A stretch of 64,000 nt of DNA, from NCBI GenBank assembly GCA_963663475.2, contig CAXXJV010000001.1, positions 2,208,001 to 2,272,000 on the forward strand. Direction: 5' to 3'. The position numbers and the translations under genes are program-made. Below are positions 10,524-19,447 of the stretch, piece after piece. The DNA comes from Candidatus Cloacimonadales bacterium (GTDB taxonomy: Bacteria > Cloacimonadota > Cloacimonadia > Cloacimonadales > JAFGVF01). The notes beneath the pieces were generated by a model. That model was not told the DNA's origin and did not search any database. It worked only from the letters and a program-made list of their open reading frames with translations. Position 1 is the stretch's first letter. Every line of letters begins with the position of its first letter.

Positions 10524-10565
10524 AAAAAGGATAAGGTATATAATATATAATATCTTATCCTTTTT
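10524..10565. terminator. Probable bidirectional terminator between convergent pyrG and rnr
   Basis: AAAAAGGATAAG...CTTATCCTTTTT inverted repeat. Confidence 0.7.
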
Positions 10566-10637
10566 CTTTTTCTTTTTCTTAATTCTTGATATTCTATTGG
10601 GCTTCTATTTGGCAATCATTAGTAATCCATTAGTTTA

Positions 10638-10800
10638 ACCCAAATAATGCAATAGATCTTTGAAAATAGCACTATATTCTTTTGCAAAAGTAACTTACAT
10701 AATTCTTCCGAATATATATATTATATGCGTCAGAATTCTGTAAGCTATTTTGCTAAAAGAATTTGCACTCTTCTGAAAAGCTCTATTGCACCATTTGGGT
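10638..10800 (+). mobile_element. MITE-like palindromic element, copy A (163 bp)
   Basis: TIRs ACCCAAATAATGCAATAGATCTTT / AAAGCTCTATTGCACCATTTGGGT, flanked by TTA on both sides; homologous to 54033-54222, 56042-56233 and 56832-56958. Confidence 0.8.
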
Positions 10801-10845
10801 TTAATAGCTAATAGATACATAATAGTCACTATATAGTTAGCTAAG

Positions 10846-12993
10846 TTACTTCAAGAGAAGATCAAAGTAAATATCATCTGTAACTGCTGCTACTCTGATA
10901 GTAACAACTTGAGCAAGCTTAAATTCTCTCTTTTTCTTTTTCCCCCTAGCTATCATTTTTTCATCATCAACCACATAATAGTCACCAGGTATATTGCTTA
11001 ACTTAACGATACCAGTTATAGGGTATTTTTCTAGAGTTACAAAAATATTTGAAGAATTCATACCAGAAACAATTGCTTCATACTGATTTCCAATTCTCTC
11101 TTTCATAAAGTATTGAACCATTTTGTTTAGAATCTCTCTATAGGCCTCATCACTTAAGACTTCTTGTTCAGTAGCTATATCTGCTAGTTTAGTGAGTGTG
11201 TTTGAATTAAATCTCCAGCCATCATTTCCCAGAATATTTTTCAATTGCAGATGGATTACTAAATCTGATAAACGTCTAATTGGTGATGTAAAATGGGTAT
11301 AATTTTCAATAGATAAACCAAAATGTAAGTTATGTTTGGTAGTATATTGAGCTTTTTTCATTGCCCTTAGTATCATTTTATTAAAGACTTTTTCTTCTAC
11401 TTTACCTTCGAAAGACTTAAGAACCTCTTGAATTGAATGATTAAGATTGCCATTAAATTTTATCCTGTGACCATAATAAGCTAAAAGATTAGATACCCGT
11501 TCAATTTTTTCTTTATCTGGTAATTCATGAACACGATAAATAGTAGTTTTTGTTCTTTCCTTTAAAAAAGTAGCAACATATTCATTTGCTAAGAGCATGA
11601 AGTTTTCTATTAACTTATGAGAAGCTGTTTCTTCATTTTCAACAATTGATTCAAGATGTCCTTCATCATCATATATATAATTTACATCTGGAAGTCTAAA
11701 GTTTATGTAGCCATTACTCTTAAGTTTTGCAGAAAATTTATTTGAAATCCTTAAACATTCATTAAGCATTTCTTTAATTTCATCGTTTTGATCTAATTTC
11801 CCTGATGCGAAAAATTCATCAACTTCTTCATAATTTAATCTAGCATCTGAATTGATAATTGATTCAACTGCGTACTGTTCAATAACTTTATAGTCTTGAT
11901 TTAATTTACTTACTACAGATAAGGTTAGCTTTTCTTCATTAGGTCTTAAAGAACAAATCTTATTGGATATTTGTTCTGGTAACATAGGAATCACTCTTTT
12001 AGGGAAATAGAAGCTATTACCTCGCTTAGAAGCTTCTTTAAATAAGTTTGAAGAAGGTTTAACATAATGACCAACATCTGCTATGTGAACATAGAGGGTA
12101 TAACCAAAATCTTCCTTTACTAATGAGATTGCATCATCATAATCTTTAGCACTAATCGGATCAATAGTTAAAGTAACTATATCTCGAAAATCCTCTCTTC
12201 TCTCTTTCTCAGCTAATGGTATGAATTCACTTAATTCATTTGCTTCTTCAATAACCTTGGAAGGGAAATCTAGAGGTAAATTAAATTGTTTAATGACTCC
12301 TAATACTTCAATTTCTGGATCATGAGCATCACCTAGTATGCTTAAAACTTTTCCAGTAGGTAACTTACCCTTTTGTTTGTTTCCCCAGTTTGTTATTTCA
12401 ATCTCTACCTTCATATTATCAATATTCTGTTGAGGACTATCGACAATAATAGATGTATGGATTTTATGATTATCACAAATAAATATATAAGATTTACCGT
12501 ATTTTGTAGCATTACCTATCATTTTTTGATTAGCTCTTTCTACGACATTTTTTACTATACCATAAAACTTACCATTCTTCTGCTTAAAAGGAGCAATCTC
12601 TATCTTGTCACCGTGGTATGCATTTAAGAGGTCCTCGGATGAGAGGAAATAATCATTTTCAGGAGTTACAGCAAAACCAAAAGAGTAACCTTTTGCTAAA
12701 GATGTAGCATCAAAGGTTGCTTCAATTAATTTCATGTCATTATCATTTTTTGAAATCTTTTTAGATTTAGGATTTTTTTGACTATTAGAGATACCTTCTT
12801 TATTAGCCGTAATATATTGCCCTTCTTTAATTAATAGATTGTCTTTAATTAATTTTCTAACTGTGTCATTTAAATTCTTAAAGTCATGTTTCTTTATAGT
12901 TAAAATACTTGAAATCTCTTTTATTTTGAGTTGTGCTCCTGGATATTGACTAAAAAGAGTCAACACTCTATCTCCAATTTCTTTAATATACAT
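10846..12993 (-). CDS. rnr: Ribonuclease R (RNB family)
   Basis: TIDPISAKDYDDA, VHIADV and YTHFTSPIRR motifs; N-terminal HTH/cold-shock domains and C-terminal S1. Confidence 0.92.
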   Translation of the reverse strand: MYIKEIGDRVLTLFSQYPGAQLKIKEISSILTIKKHDFKNLNDTVRKLIKDNLLIKEGQYITANKEGISNSQKNPKSKKISKNDNDMKLIEATFDATSLAKGYSFGFAVTPENDYFLSSEDLLNAYHGDKIEIAPFKQKNGKFYGIVKNVVERANQKMIGNATKYGKSYIFICDNHKIHTSIIVDSPQQNIDNMKVEIEITNWGNKQKGKLPTGKVLSILGDAHDPEIEVLGVIKQFNLPLDFPSKVIEEANELSEFIPLAEKERREDFRDIVTLTIDPISAKDYDDAISLVKEDFGYTLYVHIADVGHYVKPSSNLFKEASKRGNSFYFPKRVIPMLPEQISNKICSLRPNEEKLTLSVVSKLNQDYKVIEQYAVESIINSDARLNYEEVDEFFASGKLDQNDEIKEMLNECLRISNKFSAKLKSNGYINFRLPDVNYIYDDEGHLESIVENEETASHKLIENFMLLANEYVATFLKERTKTTIYRVHELPDKEKIERVSNLLAYYGHRIKFNGNLNHSIQEVLKSFEGKVEEKVFNKMILRAMKKAQYTTKHNLHFGLSIENYTHFTSPIRRLSDLVIHLQLKNILGNDGWRFNSNTLTKLADIATEQEVLSDEAYREILNKMVQYFMKERIGNQYEAIVSGMNSSNIFVTLEKYPITGIVKLSNIPGDYYVVDDEKMIARGKKKKREFKLAQVVTIRVAAVTDDIYFDLLLK

Positions 12994-12994
12994 A

Positions 12995-13474
12995 TTAATA
13001 TCTCTTTCCTATTTTTATTGCTAAAAAATCAAGTAGCTCTTTTTTTTCGAGCTGGTCTTTAGAATATCTGATTGACATTCCACGAAATGGGTCTAATCTA
13101 CGGGGTGTTTTAAAAGTAGAAAGCATTACCCCATGTTTATCTGAATAAAAACATCCAAAGTCTTTATATGGCCTTTGTACTTTCATAAAGATATATTTAG
13201 CAACAACTTTTGTATCATAAAATATATATCTACTAGGTATAAAATAAGACCATATACTAATCAAGATAAGTAACATACTTACCCAAAACCAGGTTATAGG
13301 TAAAAGTAAAGCATTCTGAATAAACCATCTTAATAATAATGATAAAAATACTAAAAATATTATCAATAGGGTAGAGGTACGTGGTCTATCTATAAAAGGG
13401 AAAGAGGTAAAATCAAAATGAATCTTTTCCTCTTTAGACTTATTTTGCTTACTTTTATGATTCTTATTGGACAT
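12995..13474 (-). CDS. Hypothetical membrane protein (two TM helices plus a soluble beta-rich C-terminal domain)
   Basis: Two hydrophobic segments; tightly coupled between yicC (11-bp overlap) and rnr (1-bp gap). Confidence 0.7.
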   Translation of the reverse strand: MSNKNHKSKQNKSKEEKIHFDFTSFPFIDRPRTSTLLIIFLVFLSLLLRWFIQNALLLPITWFWVSMLLILISIWSYFIPSRYIFYDTKVVAKYIFMKVQRPYKDFGCFYSDKHGVMLSTFKTPRRLDPFRGMSIRYSKDQLEKKELLDFLAIKIGKRY

Positions 13475-14345
13475 TTAAAATCATCTCCTTACACTTATCT
13501 ATTTCCTCTTTAATTCTCAAAATATATTCAAAAGTCTCAGGTATACTAAATTTAGAACCTAAGGTGTTTGCTTCCCTATGCATCTCTTGGATAATAAAAT
13601 TAAAGGACTTTCCTACACAGTTTTCCTGAGAATCAAGGAGAGCTTTACACTTATTTATATGATCTAAGAGACGAACTACCTCTTCGGTAACATCATTTCT
13701 ATCTACATAAAAGGCAGCTTCAACGACTATTCTTCTGAGTATATCATCAGTAATATCAGATTTAAGCATTTCTTTAATATTATCTACTATCTTGTTGTAT
13801 ATAAGATCTTTATACTTAGGTATAATTTCTTTAATCTTGTCTGTCGATTCTTCAATATTAGATAGGGAAGACCTAAAGAAATCTAACATTATAGATCCTT
13901 CTTGGATAGCCATTGCTTGATGGTCTTCTAAAGCCTTGGTTATAGCCAAGCTTAGGCTATCAAGGAGCTCTTCATCATTACCTTTTTGAGATTTCATTTC
14001 TAAGATACCTTGGTATAAGAGAATCCTGTCTAAAGAAATGTCACTAGTGGTATTTAATAGTTTTTTTGCTCTTTGACCTGCTTCCCAGATTGCCTTTAAC
14101 TTTCCTTCGTTGATTTTTAACTCTGGCTCACTTAAATCTGAGATATTTATTCTACATTCAATATTACCACGTACTATAGTTTCTTTGACTAGCTTACTTG
14201 CAAAAGATTCTAGGTAAGAATATTCACGTGCGGAATAAAACCTAAAATCATAGTATTTTGAATTCAACGATTTAATCTCTACTTCAATATCATATTTGTC
14301 ATTTACTAAATTATATTTACCGTATCCGGTCATACTTTTAAACAT
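13464..14345 (-). CDS. yicC: YicC/YloC family endoribonuclease
   Basis: SMTGYG, EIKSLNSKY, DVTEEVVRL and QEMHREANTLGSK motifs. Confidence 0.93.
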   Translation of the reverse strand: MFKSMTGYGKYNLVNDKYDIEVEIKSLNSKYYDFRFYSAREYSYLESFASKLVKETIVRGNIECRINISDLSEPELKINEGKLKAIWEAGQRAKKLLNTTSDISLDRILLYQGILEMKSQKGNDEELLDSLSLAITKALEDHQAMAIQEGSIMLDFFRSSLSNIEESTDKIKEIIPKYKDLIYNKIVDNIKEMLKSDITDDILRRIVVEAAFYVDRNDVTEEVVRLLDHINKCKALLDSQENCVGKSFNFIIQEMHREANTLGSKFSIPETFEYILRIKEEIDKCKEMILNVQ

Positions 14346-14405
14346 TTATATATTACTCCATTTTATTATATATTTATAAAGTCTTGTTAGACTGATCTAT
14401 ATGTA

Positions 14406-14433
14406 AGTTTACATAATAAGTCTTATGCGATAA
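14406..14433 (-). other. dif-like chromosome dimer resolution site (XerC/XerD)
   Basis: Minus strand reads TTATCGCATAA-GACTTA-TTATGTAAACT (11-6-11). The right arm matches the B. subtilis dif arm TTATGTAAACT and the left arm shares CGCATAA with the E. coli XerC arm. Intergenic. Confidence 0.8.
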
Positions 14434-14467
14434 TTTCTTTATTCCAATTCTTTTCGCTCTTAAGTTC

Positions 14468-17431
14468 TTATTCTTTAACATAACAGATACCTCTCTTACC
14501 ATCCATTTTGATAGACAAAGGCTTGTTTGTCTTAACAAGTTTAACATACTTCTTATCTTCAATAACCTCTAGATTGTTTAGTTTATCCCAGTGGACTAAA
14601 TTATCGTCTTCAGCGAATGGTACTGAAACATAGCCAATGTTCATTGATAAAATATTATGGAAGAAGTGAGTTCCCTGAGAAGGATCAACCCTGAAGTTTT
14701 CTAGGCCAGCTTCAACAATAACCTTGGCCATTGATATATTACTAAAGGCGGTTGGAATGCCTAAGAAACGGTCTCTAGATCCCCATCGACCTGGACCAAT
14801 TAAGACATAATGTATGTTTTTGTCTAGCATCTTTTTATTAATATCATCAATTTCATTCATTATTTCAATAGTTTCTGTATTATCGAATGTTTGAGGTTTA
14901 ACATAGACTATGTGTTCTAAATCATCAATAATACCATTTCCCATTGAATAATTAGAATAAATCAAGCAGTCTTGTGGTTGGGCCTCATGTGAATCAATAA
15001 CAACATCTTCAGCGTTTATAGATAATGGTCTAATCTGAAGAATATAAAAAGTTCCTTGTTTTATCTTTTGACTATTTGCCTGAAGATTCACAGCAAATTC
15101 AATTTCAACTGGAACTCCCATTGCAACTTCACCAATAGAGAGAAGATCTTCTAAAATACTGGCAAGAGGGAATCTATTATATTTAACAATATTTTCAAAT
15201 GTTACTACTGGCATGCCTTCGCCAAACATTCCTGAAATAAAGGCCTTACTGTTATAATCCCAATAAGATACAATATCTTTTAAGGCAGATTTAATTTCAT
15301 TATCTCTGATTGATACCTTTTTGAGACAGACATCTTCCCCACTTAAAAGGTCATATGAATCATCTGTTAAATCAATTGCATAGAATTCTTTTTGGGAATT
15401 ACCAACTAAATACTCTCCAGAAATAAGTTCTTTTTTAGGAAATTTAGGACAGAATCTATAAGTGTTTTCACCTTCTACTACAGATTTTCCCATACCTACA
15501 GCAATTGTTGCAATACCATCTGAGTTCTCAAGATCTGAAGTTGGGTAAAAGTTGAAAGATTGGGCAACCCCAGAAAAATTAGGAAAATAATATTTACCAA
15601 ACTTGGAACCAGTTACTTCTTGTATTATTACAGCCATTTTCTCTTCAGCAATCATATAATTAACATTCTCTATATAATCACGTGCTTTTTTAACAAAAAT
15701 CGAAGAATAAACAAGTTTTACCGCGTTAGTAAGATCTTGATATCTTTCAATAACTTTTTTGGAATTATTAGGTAACATATAAGTTGAATAAATACCTGCA
15801 AAAGGTTGTGCCTGAGAATCTTCAAGTAAACTTGAAGACCTAACTGCAAGAGGTTTCTTTAATTCTAATATCACTTGGTAAAGTCTGTGTTCTAGTTCTT
15901 CTGATAACCTACAAGTCAAAAAGTATCTTTCAATTTCCTCATCAGATTGCTCAGTAATATCACTAGTAATATTATTTAATTCAATGAAATTATCAAACTC
16001 ATTAGTTCCAATAATGCATGTTGCAGGAACTGAAATATTGAAATCTGGATAGCTTTCATCAAACTCCATTGAATTTAGTAAAGAGTTCATAAAAGCTAGA
16101 CCTCTCCCCTTTCCTCCCAGCGATCCTTCTGCTATTTTAACAATTTGATCTTCTAAATTAAATTCAGCATTATCAAAATTAATTATCTTACCTCTAGCCC
16201 TTAAAGATCTGACTTCCTTGAAAGTATTTAGTAGAAAATCTCTTAACTCTGTGGTTGAAGAAAATTCACTAGTGCTAATTGGTCTTATTTTCTTAGCAAC
16301 AAGAAATTCACCATGAGCAATTAACCAGGAAGAAAAGTGATTTCTTCTTGAATGAAACAATAGGCTTATCTCAGGTATATCTGTTAGTATATTTTCAAAT
16401 TCCTTTAAAGTATTAGCCTTTCCATATTGGTTTCCAGCTTCATCTTTAAAAATAAAATCTCCGTAACCCAGATTTGTTTTTATAAAGTGTTTTAGCTCTT
16501 TCATGAGGTTTCTATCATGTTTTCTTATAAAAGATGCCTTATGCTTAAGAACTTGGTCTTTATACTCTTTATTAGCAGACTGCATCAAAATAGGTAGGTC
16601 TGCATTCATAGATCTTATTTCTTGTAAAAGTTTTATACCTGCACCTAGATAATCATCGTCTTGCTTTGGAAAATCAATATCTGAGATTAAACAGACGATA
16701 AACTCTTTATATTTATTATAAATATCAATAGCATCCTCATAATTGTTAGCCAAAATTACTTTTGGTCTAGCTCTCATCCGTAAGCGTTTATTCATATCAT
16801 TCATTTCAGTATCGATTAAAAGCTGAGTTTGCTTCATGATCTCAGCATAAAGCAAAGGAAGATAAGAGGAATAGAAGTTAATTGAATCCTCAACTAATAA
16901 TATTACTCTAACTAAACCAACTGTTGTATCGAAATCACAGTTCCATCTATCCTCAACATATTTGATCATAGCAAGGAAGAGCTTACTATCTCCATTCCAG
17001 TAAAATACGTTATCAATATGAACCATCTTATCAGGGAATTTTTTAATTAAGTTGATATCACCTGTATTATTTAGGAGTAAGAGGACAGGTGTCTTGGGAG
17101 AAAGATCCTTTATTGATTTTGAAAGCTCATAGGGGATTGTCTCCCCTACTCTCATCATAGTAATAACTAAATCATATTTATGAATTGAAACCTTTTTTAA
17201 AGCTTCTTCTTTAGTTGGTACTGAAGTGATTCGTGGTATAGTAGTTAGATTTAGATGCTTATACTCTCCAAAAATCTGTTCAGACAGTCTCCCATCTTGC
17301 TCAAAAATATAAGCATCGTAAAATGATGATACCATTAAGATATCTTTAACTCTCTTTTTCATTAAATAATGAAAGTTATCTTCACCAAATTTGAATTTAT
17401 TATAATGATAGTTTAACTGTTTTAAATCCAT
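14468..17431 (-). CDS. Receiver-domain / PPDK_N (ATP-grasp) / phosphohistidine-swivel fusion protein (usually annotated as PEP/pyruvate-binding domain protein)
   Basis: LGGKGRGL, AVRSSSLLED, FAGIYSTY, VIIQE, SGVA, GMGKSVVEG, EIEFA and ILQIRP ATP-grasp motifs; two N-terminal receiver-like units; C-terminal SQGTHFF...MDGKRG. Confidence 0.85.
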   Translation of the reverse strand: MDLKQLNYHYNKFKFGEDNFHYLMKKRVKDILMVSSFYDAYIFEQDGRLSEQIFGEYKHLNLTTIPRITSVPTKEEALKKVSIHKYDLVITMMRVGETIPYELSKSIKDLSPKTPVLLLLNNTGDINLIKKFPDKMVHIDNVFYWNGDSKLFLAMIKYVEDRWNCDFDTTVGLVRVILLVEDSINFYSSYLPLLYAEIMKQTQLLIDTEMNDMNKRLRMRARPKVILANNYEDAIDIYNKYKEFIVCLISDIDFPKQDDDYLGAGIKLLQEIRSMNADLPILMQSANKEYKDQVLKHKASFIRKHDRNLMKELKHFIKTNLGYGDFIFKDEAGNQYGKANTLKEFENILTDIPEISLLFHSRRNHFSSWLIAHGEFLVAKKIRPISTSEFSSTTELRDFLLNTFKEVRSLRARGKIINFDNAEFNLEDQIVKIAEGSLGGKGRGLAFMNSLLNSMEFDESYPDFNISVPATCIIGTNEFDNFIELNNITSDITEQSDEEIERYFLTCRLSEELEHRLYQVILELKKPLAVRSSSLLEDSQAQPFAGIYSTYMLPNNSKKVIERYQDLTNAVKLVYSSIFVKKARDYIENVNYMIAEEKMAVIIQEVTGSKFGKYYFPNFSGVAQSFNFYPTSDLENSDGIATIAVGMGKSVVEGENTYRFCPKFPKKELISGEYLVGNSQKEFYAIDLTDDSYDLLSGEDVCLKKVSIRDNEIKSALKDIVSYWDYNSKAFISGMFGEGMPVVTFENIVKYNRFPLASILEDLLSIGEVAMGVPVEIEFAVNLQANSQKIKQGTFYILQIRPLSINAEDVVIDSHEAQPQDCLIYSNYSMGNGIIDDLEHIVYVKPQTFDNTETIEIMNEIDDINKKMLDKNIHYVLIGPGRWGSRDRFLGIPTAFSNISMAKVIVEAGLENFRVDPSQGTHFFHNILSMNIGYVSVPFAEDDNLVHWDKLNNLEVIEDKKYVKLVKTNKPLSIKMDGKRGICYVKE

Positions 17432-18396
17432 TATCCCTTCTTTCTATTATCTTTAATATAATACTATAAGGTCTGAATTATTTGTCAATAGTTTTCTCTA
17501 CTAATGAGCTTTTACTACTTTTAAAAACATGTTCTATCAAGTTTCAAAATTCTAGAGAAATATATTTATTGATATCTAAATGAGTCTAACTTTCTATAAT
17601 ACAAGAATATATCTTATGCAATCCAGATAGTAATAGTAAAGAGGTTCATTTTTTTTTTGAGAATTAATTAAGAGAATTTATCTTGAACTTGATTAGATAT
17701 CTTGGAAATTGTAGTATTTTTTTATGAGAACAATGATGCTTAACTTTTCATATTTATAATCTCTCGATAGCTCTTACTTTATCAAACTATTCAATTTTTT
17801 ACTGTTATTACTCAAATTTAGATGGGTACTCAGCTAGCTTACATATCTATAAATCCATGACTAAATACTAAAAATTTTGTGAATAATGTTTACTCTTGTA
17901 AAACTTTCTTACTTATTAGACGCTAACAAAAAATACTAGAGAAATGCTTTAGTAATGCTTTATAAGTTTATTCCATGATAAAATTCCAATTGGTTAGTAA
18001 ATATCGTAACCATTTATATTTTCAAAGTAATAATTCAGTTATGTGATATCAATTAACTATTTCCAAAATGAAATTATCTAAAGCATGTTAGTAAAGCTTA
18101 GATTACGATTAAAAGTCTAACCTCTATGTAGTAGCTAATATCTGTTATATTAATAAAAATGAACTTGAATCACAATGTCCGTATATGAATCAACACAACA
18201 TATTGCTAATGTAAATAAAAAATAATTTGGTAAAATAATTTTTATGATTATTAATATAATATCTTTTGTAAAAATGATCAAACAAAAGACCCAGATGCAG
18301 AAAAATAAATAATTAATGATTTGTAAAAAATGCCTATTATTAGTGGCTTTTAAAGTTACGATAAACATTTTGATTATTACATTTTATTAATTATTA

Positions 18397-18436
18397 TTGA
18401 CATAAATGACAGCATTTCGTAATTTTGTACTGTCAT
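18397..18436 (+). promoter_or_regulatory. Sigma70-like promoter of the birA-like gene overlapped by an inverted repeat (candidate operator)
   Basis: TTGACA(18397)-17 nt-TAATTT(18420); ATGACAG-N17-CTGTCAT at 18406-18436. Confidence 0.55.
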
Positions 18437-18459
18437 CAAAAATAATGAAGGGAGAAAAG

Positions 18460-19446
18460 ATGAACAACAGAAAAACAATATTCAAATTACTTCGTGAAAG
18501 TAGTGGAAGATGGGTATCAGGTCAAGCAATTGCTGATGAACTTGAAATTAGTAGAAATGCTGTTTCCAAGCATGTTAAGCTCATGAGAGACAATGGTGTA
18601 AAAATCTTAGCTTCAACTAACAGAGGTTACAGATTCATGGATGCAGACGATAAAATCTATACATACGAAATTATTCTTAACGATAAAAAGCAACTAGTAG
18701 GTAATAAAATCTTTTTACATAAAAAATTAGATTCTACCAATGCTGAAGTTGCTCGTCAAGTTATCAAGAAAGAAATCAAAGAAGGAACTGTAGTTATTGC
18801 TGAAAACCAATCTAAAGGTAAAGCAAGAAATGATACTAACTGGATTTCAATCAAAGGTAAAGGTATTTATCTATCTATCTATCTTAACCCAAGACACGTT
18901 TTAGACAAAGTTACTTTAGTTAACCTTATCGCTGCTTATAGCTTCATTGAAGCTATTAAATCAATTACTGGTCTAGATGACTTACAATTAGCATGGCCTA
19001 ACAATATTACTTATAAAGGTAAGAAATTTGCAGGCCTTCTAACTGAAAGTTTCACAGATATTGACGGTGTTGGCAAAACTGTTATGGGCCTTGGTGCATA
19101 TATCAACTTGACTACAAAAGAGCAAGAAATTATTGCTGAAGAAGGTCTTACTTCTTTAAATGCAATCTGTGAAAAAGACTTCAATAGAAATGACATTATT
19201 TCTAAGTTCTTAAATATATTCAATGATGAATATATGAAATTCAAAAAGAAAGAAGTAGAAGAACACTTAGATCGTTGGGTTCAATATCTTGATATACTTA
19301 ATAAACACGTAAAAGTTGATATTGATGGTATCATCCATGAAGGTTATGTTAAAGGCATTACAGATAAAGGAAAACTTGTTTTCTCATCTGATGAATATGA
19401 CAAAGACCTTTATATCAGATACGGTGAATTCATAATTAGCCAATAA
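18460..19446 (+). CDS. birA: BirA-like protein (N-terminal HTH plus biotin-ligase domain) with altered active-site motifs
   Basis: SGQAIADELEISRNAVSKHV HTH, DSTN and GKKFAGLLTE. ATG at 18460 follows a GGGAGA SD; the ORF track starts at 18406. Confidence 0.8.
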   Translation: MNNRKTIFKLLRESSGRWVSGQAIADELEISRNAVSKHVKLMRDNGVKILASTNRGYRFMDADDKIYTYEIILNDKKQLVGNKIFLHKKLDSTNAEVARQVIKKEIKEGTVVIAENQSKGKARNDTNWISIKGKGIYLSIYLNPRHVLDKVTLVNLIAAYSFIEAIKSITGLDDLQLAWPNNITYKGKKFAGLLTESFTDIDGVGKTVMGLGAYINLTTKEQEIIAEEGLTSLNAICEKDFNRNDIISKFLNIFNDEYMKFKKKEVEEHLDRWVQYLDILNKHVKVDIDGIIHEGYVKGITDKGKLVFSSDEYDKDLYIRYGEFIISQ

Positions 19447-19447
19447 A

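Noticed and set aside
14374-14562. 62-aa ORF on -
   Set aside because: It overlaps the end of the 987-aa gene out of frame and crosses the dif site.
18150-18368. 72-aa hydrophobic ORF on -
   Set aside because: Its Ile/Phe-rich composition is expected from AT-rich non-coding DNA, and there is no SD.
17432-18396. Possible oriC
   Set aside because: No TTATCCACA-type DnaA boxes were seen, and the dif-like site and gene orientation point to the terminus instead.
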